Shown piece by piece: positions 12,521 through 30,563 of a stretch of DNA of 64,000 bases. This DNA is from Perkinsus chesapeaki ATCC PRA-425 (Eukaryota > Protista > Perkinsozoa), in the NCBI GenBank assembly GCA_013115145.1, contig JAAPAO010000120.1, positions 6,750 through 70,749 on the forward strand, written 5' to 3'. Position 1 is the stretch's first letter. Each line of letters begins with the position of its first letter. A program made the translations under genes and the position numbers. The notes under the pieces were generated by a model that was not told the origin of the DNA, ran no database searches, and saw only the letters and a list, made by a program, of their open reading frames with translations.

Positions 12521-13414
12521 ATGGCTGCTGCCGCCAGGGGGGCGAATCCTTTTTCAGCGCCCAGTCCGGTAGTTAATAAATGGATGGCCGGAGACACTAA
12601 GGAGGGTGACGTTATTATACATAGGAAGCATCAGGTTGAAGTAGTTCGGGACAAAGAGGGCCATAAGGACAAAAGAGAAAATGATATAGTGGAGATGGCC
12701 ACAGCGAACGCTGGAGGCTTCGACGTTGTTAGGATGGTACACGAGGATAAGGAAAGGAGTAACCCCGCGGCTCAGGTGGCTGGCCCAATGGGGCCGGGCC
12801 ATAGAGGCTGCATACTGGACGGTTACATCAATGAGAGAGTATCTCACGGGGATCCGGTAGCTCGACACCGATATCTACTGGAGCACTCCCTGGCCCGGGA
12901 CATGGGATGCACTGGAGATTTTTATTCACAGTACTTCGGCCAACACGACGCCTTCAACAGGCTTAGTGACTATAGATTCTTCCCAGTGCGTCACAAGGAA
13001 AGATTCGATCCGGCCACCGGGCAGGGTCTAGGCATTCTAGCCGAAGATTTCTACGACTCCGTTGGTCGGCCAATCAGTCCTGCTCATCATCACCGTGCTT
13101 TGCACCGGAAACGACCGCCGGCGGGCGTTGAGTCCGCCAAATGCATCTGGGTCTTTCGGAATGGCGACGGCCATGACATTGGGACGAGGTACTTCCTCAA
13201 GACCAATCAGGGCCGGTACACTCTAAAGCACATATGCGTTGAGCTTTCCGGTATCTTGAAGCCCACTGGAGGAGCTATTAGGGAGCTGTATGACCAAAAG
13301 CTGGACAAGATCACCAAAGTTAGTGAGCTGAAGGACGGTGGCTGCTACCTGGCATGCGAAGGCAGCGGACCTACTTCTAATAGGCGTAGGTTGATGCGAT
13401 TTATGTCAGCTTGA
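12521..13414 (+). CDS. Apicortin-like protein (partial p25alpha + doublecortin domain), intronless
   Basis: Partial p25alpha-like segment AFNRLSDYRFFPVRHKERFDPATGQGLG followed by DCX domain IWVFRNGD...LKPTGGAIRELYDQKLDKITKVSELKDGGCYLAC. This pairing defines apicortins. Confidence 0.75.
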   Translation: MAAAARGANPFSAPSPVVNKWMAGDTKEGDVIIHRKHQVEVVRDKEGHKDKRENDIVEMATANAGGFDVVRMVHEDKERSNPAAQVAGPMGPGHRGCILDGYINERVSHGDPVARHRYLLEHSLARDMGCTGDFYSQYFGQHDAFNRLSDYRFFPVRHKERFDPATGQGLGILAEDFYDSVGRPISPAHHHRALHRKRPPAGVESAKCIWVFRNGDGHDIGTRYFLKTNQGRYTLKHICVELSGILKPTGGAIRELYDQKLDKITKVSELKDGGCYLACEGSGPTSNRRRLMRFMSA

Positions 13415-13738
13415 AAATTCACATGTAATGTTGTAATCACTATGGCCTTTGGGATTGTGTTGGCAGTGGGAGGAGCACGAGGACAGTTAAGCTCATGCCA
13501 GATGTTCGAAATCCGGGCCGGAGAAATCGAAAGGGACATGGTCCGGCTGCTGCAGTAGTGCATGGTACTGCTGTGAGGCTGCAAGGTGCTTTTTAGGAAG
13601 GACCCCAATGCGGCTGGCTCGTCCAAGCACGAAAGGAAAGCCTTGTATCCGGCGCCGCCAGCTCATCGGGGGATAGCTGTTAGGATTGCTTCAATTAAGG
13701 GTGATGATGATATAAGTTTTTGGTAGGCGTCCATTAAT

Positions 13739-14172
13739 GTGGTGCTTAAAAGGCACGGTCTGGCCGGACTGCTGACAGAACGGAAGAGAGAGAGTGAAAC
13801 TGATGAAGAGAGTTGCCCAGCTTGGCCGGTAGCGTTCGGAATTCTTTATAGTGCGCACAACATCTTTCAGAGAGGTATCTTCCTCGAGCCCGAGCAAAGC
13901 TATTGCCAGTTGAACCTAGTCACAATCGAAGACGTATTGCTACCTCGGTATAGGCAGTCGGGAAGGTAAGTCTACGCGGTCTCGGCGTCAACTAAGCCAT
14001 CGGCTACAGGCTGCCGACGGACTATCATGACTTTTTCGATCGGCTACGGGAGGAATACGAAGATTGCCGGGATGATGCGCAAAGGGCGGTAGGTGTATGC
14101 CGGGATGAAGAACTAACTAAAACACTGCACAACATAGAGCTGAATTTACGTGTGAAAGTTAGCCTAGAATAG
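13739..14172 (+). CDS. Hypothetical spliced gene (5' end undetermined)
   Basis: Exon ...LLPRYRQSGR, then gtaagt...ctacag intron, joins in frame to LPTDYHDFFDRLREEYEDC...KVSLE* (TAG 14170-14172). Confidence 0.35.
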
Positions 14173-14253
14173 GCATTGACGGTTCAACACAAGTTTTTCA
14201 CTTGGAGAACCTCTGCGAGAGAGTATTATTCACCGGCGGTGAATCGTCGTCAT

Positions 14254-14843
14254 ATGGCGTCGTTGTGGCTTACCGCTCAATCCGCAAAGAAATGGCGGCT
14301 TCCTGTTAGTTTTCCAACGCACAGAGCTCTATCTCTAACATACAGTTAGAAAGAGCTAGCATGGAGTTACCTTGTCAGGGCCGAGTCCGAGAGGTTCGTC
14401 GCAGGAGAGCCGCCATTCACTTTACTAAATAATAGTCTACCATCTGCAATATCATGCCAACCCAAGAACTCATTTGTGGTGTCTGTCCGAACATAGTGTT
14501 GAGTTGTGCAGTGAAGTATCCCTGTAGCTCTGTTGATTTATCTTTACAATGCTAACAGCTCAGGTGAAGGAGGCGTATCTTGCCCTCAACCTGTGAGCAG
14601 CTCCCTATTGGTGAAGATCTTCATGGTTTTTCTTAGGTCCTACGATGCGGAGTGGGAGAAGATCCTTGAGCGAGCCAAGAGCCTGAAACACAGGTCAGCT
14701 CCTTGGTGGTGACGATACCCTATTCCAGTGGCAGGTATAAGGCGGCGGGAGATAGGCGGAGGCTGGCTCGAGTCTATAAAGCATTCTCTATCTTGGAGGC
14801 TGATAGGAAGAAGAAGGTGATACAAGGGGAGATTGGATGGTAA
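14254..14843 (+). CDS. Small spliced protein with a J-domain-like C-terminus lacking HPD (Pam16-like?)
   Basis: 3' exons splice to QVKEAYLALNLSYDAEWEKILERAKSLKHSGRYKAAGDRRRLARVYKAFSILEADRKKK...GW*, a J-fold-like helix pattern without HPD. 5' exons tentative. Confidence 0.4.
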
Positions 14844-15176
14844 CCTCGTGGGGACAAGCTGGCGCCGTAGTGTTATGGTAGAAGCAATTCACCGTGGCAG
14901 AGAAGGTGCTTTTAGCAGAGCCGTCATTGCTTAATTGAATAGAGTTCATGGATATGAGATAACCAATTCACGTTTCTTCCCTTTGTCCTGAAATAACAAG
15001 AACTCAAGTCATGCTCTTAACACTTTAAGAGGGTCTTCAGCCAACACATAGGTGGATAATAAAACGATCTGGAGCTTCTTGTTTGGGAACTCATATACTT
15101 TTCACAAGTATAATTTTTTAGTTATACGGCGGAGACGAGCAGTTGATTGGGCGATCCCGACGAGACCGTGAGCTCG

Positions 15177-17126
15177 ATGGAATGTAGGTGAGCTAGGGTG
15201 CAGTTGAAGGGCTAATGCGTGGTCGGAAGGTTCAACCATATGAGTAAGGAGATCGCCAAGCGTCATCGTGAAGAGAGCGTGGCTGGTTCGTCATCTGGAG
15301 TGGGTCTGCTTCGCTCCGCCTTTTTTTATTCTTCGTTTAGGTCGATCTCATGCACACTGTTGTGGCGGACGACACAGTGCATACTGGAGAGCTTAAAAAG
15401 CAAGAGCCGTCCTCTGCAAGGTACAGCTCACCGGGGCCCACTAATTCAACGTTATTGTAGTTCCTCCTCCTCCTCCTCATCGTCGTCGAGTAAGAAGGAG
15501 GAGCCTCCTACCAAGAAGGCCAAGGAGGGGTCGAAGAAGGAGGAGGAGCCAGAAAGTGAAGGAAAGGACGAGCCACATCATACAAGTAGGGATGAGGAGA
15601 CCGATGGTGGGTGATCTAAATTTTAGAGATGTCCGAAGTTGACTGGCCAGCACAGTTCGCCCGTATGCGAGAGGGCATGGCCAAACACGAGAAGTGAGGA
15701 GAGCGGGGATGTGGAAGACCGTTAACGGCGGTTGGCAGGTACTTTCTGGTCTGCAAGTTGTTTCTGGAAAAATTCAACAAGTTCATGCGAGAGCCCACAA
15801 TAGAGCGTCGGGAGATCCTGCATTGCATTGACGCTGTGGCCACTGCGCCCTACACTAAGTCGTAGGCGATGCCCGGGCATGAAGGTCTCGTTACTTTGTC
15901 AAATCAGGATGCTCAAAACCTTCACGTTCGAGCGTGACGCTCCGCACTCCAATGACATCTATCATTGCAATAGCGAGACGCTCAGGGAGAATAGGGAAGT
16001 GGCTCAGAAACTGGTCAAAGGGGTGGGTGTGGCGCGCCACGGTCTGGCTGTCGATAGGGCATGTCAGGTTGTCCTCAATCAGCGCTATTTCACTAACATT
16101 CCGGACGGAGTGTTGGAGGCACCTGAGGGGGTTCTCTCCATTTTCGATGTTTGGGACTTTACCGTCCAGAAGAGGAACAGCCTTTATTCAAGCGATAACT
16201 TCGTCTTCACTAAGGCGTGCAAGGACCTCACTGCACTGGTAGTGCGAGGAGGTTAGTCTTGGCTTGTCTACCGGCTCAAGCAGATGCTCGCTAAGGAGAC
16301 CAAGTGGAGGGGCTTGAACCAGGACCCGCTGGCATCTAGTGAAGCTTCCCCCGAGGAGAGTGATGATGTTGATGGGGAGGAGTGTATTGATGGGGAAGGG
16401 CTCGAGGTAGGCTGTCACACCTTCGTATATCATTAGCGTTCACAACGTGTCTGTGATCTCCCTGTGTAGGGCACGTTATAGTGGCCTGCGTTGTTGTCAA
16501 GTGTATGCCTCTTACTGTAGGACGATGACATTCCCGATGGATTGAAGTCAGAGGCTACAAGTGAGGGTGATGATGATGACGATGATGAGAAGGAGCCAAA
16601 GCCGAATCTCTTGGCCATTACACCCTCCAGAGGTGGATGGACCCAACCTAATGAAGAGTAGGCTCATATACGTCGTAATGGGGGTTGTGGCACCGCCTTG
16701 CAGGACCCTCGAGCGTCGACTCAGAGCGGAGTTCGTCCGTTCCATTGGGGCCATGGTACGAGCTAGCCATCGACCAGGCCGTTCCAGCGATGCTAAGGAG
16801 ACCATGAAGCAAGTGTAGGTTCCTATGGCAATTTGATCCGCCATGAACCTGCCTCATTGTTGATAGGTATCAGCATCGGGATATATTCTCTAAGGCCCAG
16901 CAAGAGTCTCTCCTTGAATACAATATGGCTATCCATCAAACACAGCTCAGCACTCAGAACGACAAGGTGAACCGCCGTGAGCTCCTTGCTGTGTGTTTTT
17001 AGTGCCTTTCAGGCCTACCGTTTCGAGTACCGCAGCATTCTGGAGTCGAAGGCTCCTGTTCGTGACTCTAGAGAGACGAGGATTTCGTTTGACCATCAGC
17101 GTGGTGCCTTCGCTACGCCTATGTAA
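15177..17126 (+). CDS. Multi-exon hypothetical protein with Ser/Glu/Lys-rich and acidic low-complexity regions
   Basis: About ten exons with GT-AG joins, several checked in frame (e.g. HHT|KMSEVDWPAQF; TQNDK|AYRFEYRSIL...FATPM*). No family recognised; start uncertain. Confidence 0.5.
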
Positions 17127-17256
17127 ATGATTCCTAGTATAATACGTTACCACTGCTTAATTGCCGTTATAACATTCAAAACGGCAATTTACACTGTCGT
17201 GTTCAACTATACACTTTAATCAAATGAAACGAGGAACTTTAATGGAACAAGATTGT

Positions 17257-18007
17257 CTACTCGAAAGCTCCGTATTGCCACCGTTCACTCGGCTTGGCGG
17301 GCGGCAGTTCTCGCTTGTCCTCGGGCTCGGCGGCGCCCGCACCTAACAAACCAATACCATAACAGACAGGGCCCAAAAGCTACTTCGGAGGATGTTGGCG
17401 ACATCACTTCTTTCGTGCTCCTTGGCGAGCTCGAGTGCCGTTACACCTGCCAGGAAAGTGAAATGAATGCGGAGGTAAGCGCTTTACCATCTTCGTTGGC
17501 ATAATTAACATCAACTCCTTTCTCTAGTAGTAGCTTCACTGTCTCAGGGGACCGTCCCGCACTAGCAAGAATCTGAAACGGAATCTTTACAGTGCGGTTC
17601 GGTTGATATCATTACCAGGCAGTTGGAGAGATCCTCGGTCTTGGCGTTAATATTGGCGCCGTGTTCCAACAGCAACCTATAGGGAAAACACTATACCTCG
17701 AGAAGCTACTGAAACACCGGTATCCACATCTTTCTAAGCTGAACTATATCGACCATTTAGACGATGCTTAAGGATACCGCACAGGGGCTTACTTGGCTAC
17801 ATCAGTATGACCGTTCCTGCAAGCCATAAGGAATGGAGTGCTACCATCATAGGCCTCGTAATCATCAGGCTTCACTGACTTGTCCACAACGAGCAATCGG
17901 TGTACCTGTTGGCTTTGAATGGACGGTTGGGACCAATGCTTCCTTACTTCTTCGAAATTCCCTCGACGAGAATACTCGAAAAGTTCAACTTCCTCTTCAC
18001 TATTCAT
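17257..18007 (-). CDS. Small ankyrin-repeat protein
   Basis: Spliced frames: DGSTPFLMACRNGHTDVAKLLLEHGANINAK; TVKLLLEKGVDVNYANEDGVTALELAKEH (ankyrin consensus). Confidence 0.82.
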
Positions 18008-18180
18008 TTTCAAGACAAACAACACTACATGGGGCATTATGTGGCCAACTTCAACAACTCGACAACATCATAGATTCACACATGCGAAACGGTTACGTGA
18101 CAAGTATGATAAAAACATTAAAAACTCGTATGCCAATGGCGAACTTTTAACTATGCCGTCGGTCGTTGTGACAAAAGCCC

Positions 18181-24948
<6,768 letters not shown>

Positions 24949-25132
24949 TGAAGATGGGGTTCCCAAGAAAGGGCTGTCGGACAGTGAGATTCGTTTTGGC
25001 GCAAGATTATAACGAGTTCCCAAAACCTGTATTCGTGAATCGCTTCGCTCCGCTAGACCTTCGTGCAGTTTGCATGCACGCAAACCACACCTTTGTGGAG
25101 ACCTTCTCCTTCTTTCGACCGTGGCATTAAAA

Positions 25133-25710
25133 ATGAACTCGGCACAAGAATTATTCGGAGATCAGCAGGATGATGACCATCAGCAAAACTACATACGTAG
25201 TAGAGGGGCTTCATGGGGGTGCGGCTATCGGTTGCCACGAAACCGTCAAAATTTGGGAAAGCTGTTGGGTGGTGGGAACGAGCCTGTCTGGGATGTCATT
25301 GGCCGATAGTAGGGTGATTAGGAGAGTTACAAGGCTTATTTAGTGGCGCGCGGTAACTTGGGAACTGGTCGTCAGATATCCGCAATCAGCAACGAAATGG
25401 TAGGAAGAGTCTGACCATCATCCAGGGCTTGCCGAAGCAGTTCAGCTCGAAGAAGATACTCAAGCACTTCAAAAAGGTGCTATTGGCCGATGTTTTGTTG
25501 TTGGGGAATTTATTGCTAGGAGTTCAACTGCAATGGTAGCATAACAGAGGATCCTGAGTTCGGTAAGGTCATTATGATCCAAGGCGACAAGCGAAAGCTC
25601 GTAGGAGACTTTCTGGTCCATGAGGGGATTGCCGAGAAGGACTTCGTGAAGGTAAGATACTTTTTAGGTTGACTTGGATTAGTGGCGTCTGACAGGTTCA
25701 CGGTGTGTAA
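25133..25710 (+). CDS. SUI1: Translation initiation factor eIF1 / SUI1
   Basis: Four exons splice to YIHIRNQQRNGRKSLTIIQGLPKQFSSKKILKHFKKEFNCNGSITEDPEFGKVIMIQGDKRKLVGDFLVHEGIAEKDFVKVHGV*. Confidence 0.93.
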
Positions 25711-25879
25711 GCCTGCCATTTACCTCTGACGTTGTTCCTCTGGATTGTAGCGGTCTGGATTGTCCTGTAAAATAAAGGCCTTCTATCCTTCTGCTTCCAT
25801 AGTGTAATGTTATCTTGTTTTTCGGGGTAGCCTTATTCTTCCTTAGCAATTAGTATCATCCTCTTTGCTTTGCCTCTCT

Positions 25880-27127
25880 ATGGCCCAACGAAGTGTAGGT
25901 GAAGATGGCGCATCAGCCGCGGCGGCGGCCGCAGCAGCCAGTGCTGTCTTCGACGCCGCTGCAGTGGTCCCTCAACCAGACGATGACCAAGGGTATCAGG
26001 CCCAGCAAGATGCCTTGGCCGCCAGTGGTATGGTACCAGCCTTTGAGTTCCCCGGTGGCAGAGACGGTATGCCTCCGCCATGGGCTGCCTTTGACCCTAC
26101 GGCCATGGTTTTTCCGCCCATCCCTCCGGGCTTTGGTCCTGGATTCTTCCCGCCTCCGCCACCGATACCACCAGGAGCCACTACGCATCATTTATCACCA
26201 GAGAGTCCCGCGGCCATGGCTGCGGCTGCAGGGCTGCCTCCGGGCTGGGCGGACTACCTGGCCACTGCTGACAACCCGGGGGAGATCGTTCAGGCCATAC
26301 ATGACCTCGCTGCTATACAACAGTTGGGGCCCGAGGACGACTCTGTGCTGCCTCGAGGAGTGTGCCGAGAAGGACGTGGTTGGGTTGCCAGTGTGAGGCT
26401 GTTACGCAAGCAATTGAAGGGTCCAGTGAGACATACGATACAGCAGGCTGCCAGCGATCGGTTGCATATGACTATGCTTAAGAATACAAGGCCCCATCAC
26501 GAGGTGCTGGAGATGGTACGAGCTATGAAGCGACGGAAACGACCCAACAGGCAACCTGGCCTTCCACCACCGCCAAAGCAGCCGCGGAAACAGAATAGGA
26601 TAAGGGACTCTGAGGGCTATGAGGACTTGCAAGGGCCGCCATCTCAGCACGGTATGGCCGACGACAAGTCTGATGCTGCGGCAGCCGCGGCTGTGGCTGC
26701 GGCCTGGCCTGCACCACCTGGAACTGACAACGGCAGCTCAGTCCTCGAGATGGGCCCCTCCTCTGCTGGGGAAGCCTCTAGCAGCTCAGCTGAGCAGGAA
26801 AGTGGTGACAGGGACACTGAGGCCCTATTGGCTGCCAACATCCACCAAATGTCGGTCCTTCAAGCACAGCAACTCAGTGTGCTGCAACAGCTCATGTTCA
26901 CACAACAGCAAGCAGCTGCCATTGCTGCCTCGGCTGGACGAGGAGGCGAGGACGGTGTTGAAATCAACATACCGGCCGCGGGTGAGGATGGGATATCTAG
27001 TACGGATGGATCCCTGTCGCCTCCGCCCTCTGGAGATGATATCACAGCAGCAGAAGCCCAGGATTTGGTAGGCCACATGGGGGGCCAGGATCCTAGCGGC
27101 CCGAGTGACGGCAGCGGTGCAACGTAA
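25880..27127 (+). CDS. Intronless putative transcription factor with a divergent AP2-like DNA-binding domain
   Basis: LPRGVCREGRGWVASVRLLRKQLKGPVRHTIQQAASDRL fits the AP2-like GV..WVA..helix pattern. Basic NLS-like MKRRKRP; Pro-, Ala- and Gln-rich flanks. Confidence 0.6.
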   Translation: MAQRSVGEDGASAAAAAAAASAVFDAAAVVPQPDDDQGYQAQQDALAASGMVPAFEFPGGRDGMPPPWAAFDPTAMVFPPIPPGFGPGFFPPPPPIPPGATTHHLSPESPAAMAAAAGLPPGWADYLATADNPGEIVQAIHDLAAIQQLGPEDDSVLPRGVCREGRGWVASVRLLRKQLKGPVRHTIQQAASDRLHMTMLKNTRPHHEVLEMVRAMKRRKRPNRQPGLPPPPKQPRKQNRIRDSEGYEDLQGPPSQHGMADDKSDAAAAAAVAAAWPAPPGTDNGSSVLEMGPSSAGEASSSSAEQESGDRDTEALLAANIHQMSVLQAQQLSVLQQLMFTQQQAAAIAASAGRGGEDGVEINIPAAGEDGISSTDGSLSPPPSGDDITAAEAQDLVGHMGGQDPSGPSDGSGAT

Positions 27128-27492
27128 AATGTCACCACACTGCTGCTGTTGTTGTTGTACCTGAATTATAAGAAGGCTGGCGGCTACTAGTCAGCAGCCT
27201 TCGTAACGTAGTATTCCCTTTATCGACCTGTTAATCCCCTTTTACGCAGCCTGCTGAACCCCCTCTAATGAGAGCCCTACTGTGTCTTATATAACAAAAA
27301 AAGAAGAAGGCCACGGCCCCTACTGCTGCTGCTGTTGAGGCCGCGAGGAGATAGGATGATAACGATAATATAGCCACCATTGCCCTATAGAGAGACTACA
27401 ATCTATAGTCTGAACCGCCGTAGCACTGTTGCGTTGCACTTAGTCAATAATTAACTGCAAAACAACAGCACCACCACCAGCAGCAGTAGCAA

Positions 27493-30473
27493 ATGCGTTT
27501 GTTCATCAACAACGTTAACGCTCCTCTAGGCCGGCTGGTCTGTGCCCAGCTGAGGCAAGTTGCCAAGACCGAAGATGATGAGGAGCCACCAGAGCTCCCT
27601 AGGGTCATTGGCACCATACGAGAGGAGGAGGTCCAAGCTTGTGAAATGGTCACTCGGGAATTGCATCCTCAGGTGGCCGAAAAACCGAAAGCGGTCCAGA
27701 GGGTGCTGTCGAAAAGCAAGCCCAAGGTAGTAGGAGTAACCGGTGTACTGGTGGGCCATGGGCTTCGGGTAAGATACTGGCTAAGGCCGTGTTCGAATGT
27801 GATGCGGCTGTGTACTGCATGACCGAGTGTGATCCATGGGAAGTTGAGAACGTTCTGAACAGAGCTGAGGTGCTGCAGCTGCTGGGATATGGCAGTGGCC
27901 AGGGTTGCCACTTAGGCCCACGATTTCGACCATGCATTCACCTTTATATTGTTAACAAGCGCGGAGGGATGGACCGGCGCTTATGAGGGCCGTGGTGAGC
28001 TTTCACAGAGAAGCAGTGATATGTGTGTAACTGTCAGAGTTATCGGCGTCGAGCCCCGAGGACTTCGAAAGTCGGCGCGCTCCAGAGGGTGCCTCGGGCC
28101 TATGGCGGGCTTTGGAGGACAAAGCTCTGGCTCTCAACACTAAGCCTAATGTCAGGGTCCCTTGGTGGATGTTGGTTACTACTGATTGGACAGGTTATCT
28201 CCTATGTGGTATGCCATGGAGTTCTGTATGGCAGGGGGGAGCTGCAAGAGGGTTTCTATGGCCTTTTCAAGTCAGCACCTGGATATTGGTCAATGTCGGA
28301 GCCGATGTCAGGGACTCCTGGAGGGGCCAGAGAGACTCGCTTTGTATATTCGGGTCGGGTGACAACTGTTTGCCGATGATTCACATCTTGGACTTGGCCA
28401 GGATCGTGAAAGTAGTGCGGTGATGGTAGCTGGTACCAATGGCCTGAGATAGGCCCTCTTTACTCGTGCTGCTGCAGTGGCAAGTGGACAGGAGGACCCA
28501 TTTAAGGTGAATGAGGTGTGGCAATGGCAGGGCAGAGCTAAGGTTAGGCTCCAGCGGAAGAAGGAGAGGAGGGCGGTAAAGAAGAGGAAGCCGAGCAAGC
28601 TGCCGGCGGGTTTTTGGGTACCATGGCTGGCTGGTGATAAGGTGACCGATGCGGTAGGTAATTATATAGTAGCCGTGGATGACGCTAAAAGTACGCAGAG
28701 GGAGGTCATTAGAGCGGTTGCAGAGGAGATACTAGGCATTGAGGAAGATACTGGGATAAGGTCAACTGCCGCCGCGCAGACTTGCGCATGCGTGCAACCT
28801 GAGTCTACTGTGTCTGTCAGGGAGGTTGGCATGGACATGTGTCCTGCTTGGCTATCACTCAACCTGAAGATTCGTCAATCGGATATGTTGAAGCACCCTC
28901 ACTTCTCCTGGTCAGTGCCGGAGCGGCCAGTTCCGTCAACATCACCTCCAGGCACTGTAGAGAGGGCCTTGTACGCAAAATCAACGACGTGGCTAAGGAG
29001 TTCTGTCGAGCCAGGAAGCTTGAGCCAGTAACGCCGGAACCCCCAGCTCGTGGTTGTCCGTGCCGCAGATCCGAGTGCTGATCTACGGCGAACCTCAGTG
29101 TGGAAAGAGTCACTTCGCCAAGAAAATATCCGAGCACTACAACGTGGGTTGTTGGGGACGCAGCCAGAACTGCTGCTGTAGATACCTCTGGTCTCGCTGG
29201 AGTCCGCGAGGGCCCTACAGAAATCTCGTGAAGGTGCTAAGTTTCGGAGCCCCTCGCATCAGCTTCATCAGGCGGGAAACCGGACGAGGCGGACAGCGCT
29301 GTGATGCGACGGTATGGAGTGGACAGAGCAGAATGCAAGTACAGGGGATGGGTACTGGACGGGTGAGTTACTATGAAGGAGAAATACCATCGGCGGGGAT
29401 CGAACCTGCGTTGTTTTGTAGTTATCCTTCAAACGTAAAGGAGGCCCGTGGTATGTTCTTCGATGAGATCCCTAATGAAATAGAGCAACCAGAAGATGCC
29501 AAAGACGAAGCCGAGGTGAGCCCCACGGGCAAAAACGGTGACTCTGCCGCTAGGCTCCTGACAACGTTGACCAGCCAGCTGCGGTCCCCCCTCGGACCAA
29601 GACTGTCCCCGCTCGCCAACGCATACCTCACAGTGCTATACGCTTCGTGGTAGCCCTCCGCCGTGGCGTCTGATTATACTGGCCACTTCAGACCTCTATC
29701 GGGGCCCAAGAGGGCAGCGAGCACCAGAGCAAGGCCGAAGATATGTGTGATGTCCTTCTGCAGGTAGGGGCGCTGGTCAGGTGTGATTGCCCACTGGGTG
29801 GCAGGACCTCGGCGTTGAGACCCTGGCTCTGGACGTGAGCAGCTCAGTGGCGGGGGATCCAGAGAGGGAACTAATGAGATTCGAGAAACTGAGAATGTAT
29901 ATTGAGAGGAATGGTGGGAGGGGACCCCTCATGGGATGGTAGATAGGGAGAATTTGATAGGGAGACCCTTTAATTTCCTGGCGAGTGACGCAGAGGTATC
30001 CAAGGAGGTTCGCCAAGTGCTAGATCGTGCAGCTCATGCTCTGCGGCAGATTTCGGAGGTGGGACGGCGTGGGCCTTGGTAAAGTAGCTTGATTCAGGAC
30101 GAGGAAACGAAAGCTAATTTAAGAAGAGCGGAGGTAGCCCGAAAGGAAGCTGTCTTCGACGTTGAGAGGCAGTCGGCTATAGCCGAATGGCGGGAGAAGG
30201 TCATAACCTCGCCTCACAGGCCCGCTGCTGCTGCTGCTGGATGGTGCTTTATAGGTGTCGATATTAAGGGAGAAACCATTGAGGGAGTATGTCCTAGAGT
30301 AGTACCGGAAGTTTGAAGGAGGGGTAGGAGGCTCGGCCCAAGCCGCTTGGGGCAGATACATCATCCCTGATTTGACGGAGGGCCTGGCGGAGATGTGTAA
30401 GGTGGACCCAGACGACCCTATCGAGTACATCGCCAACTACCTTGAGGCAAAGGCGGCAGAGACTACCACATAG
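27493..30473 (+). CDS. AK7: Adenylate kinase 7-like flagellar protein (Rossmann-like N-terminus, AK domain, Dpy-30 motif)
   Basis: N-terminus MRLFINNVNAPLGRLV; P-loop RVLIYGEPQCGKSHFAKKISEHYNV; C-terminal Dpy-30 motif YLGRYIIPDLTEGLAEMCKVDPDDPIEYIANYL; stop TAG 30471-30473. Confidence 0.8.
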
Positions 30474-30563
30474 TACCATGCATCCCTACTAATGTTATAA
30501 GGAAACGCTGTGGTGTTAGTCTGGGGAAAGTGGGGTGATCAGCTTTGATAAGCGAGAGCCTAT

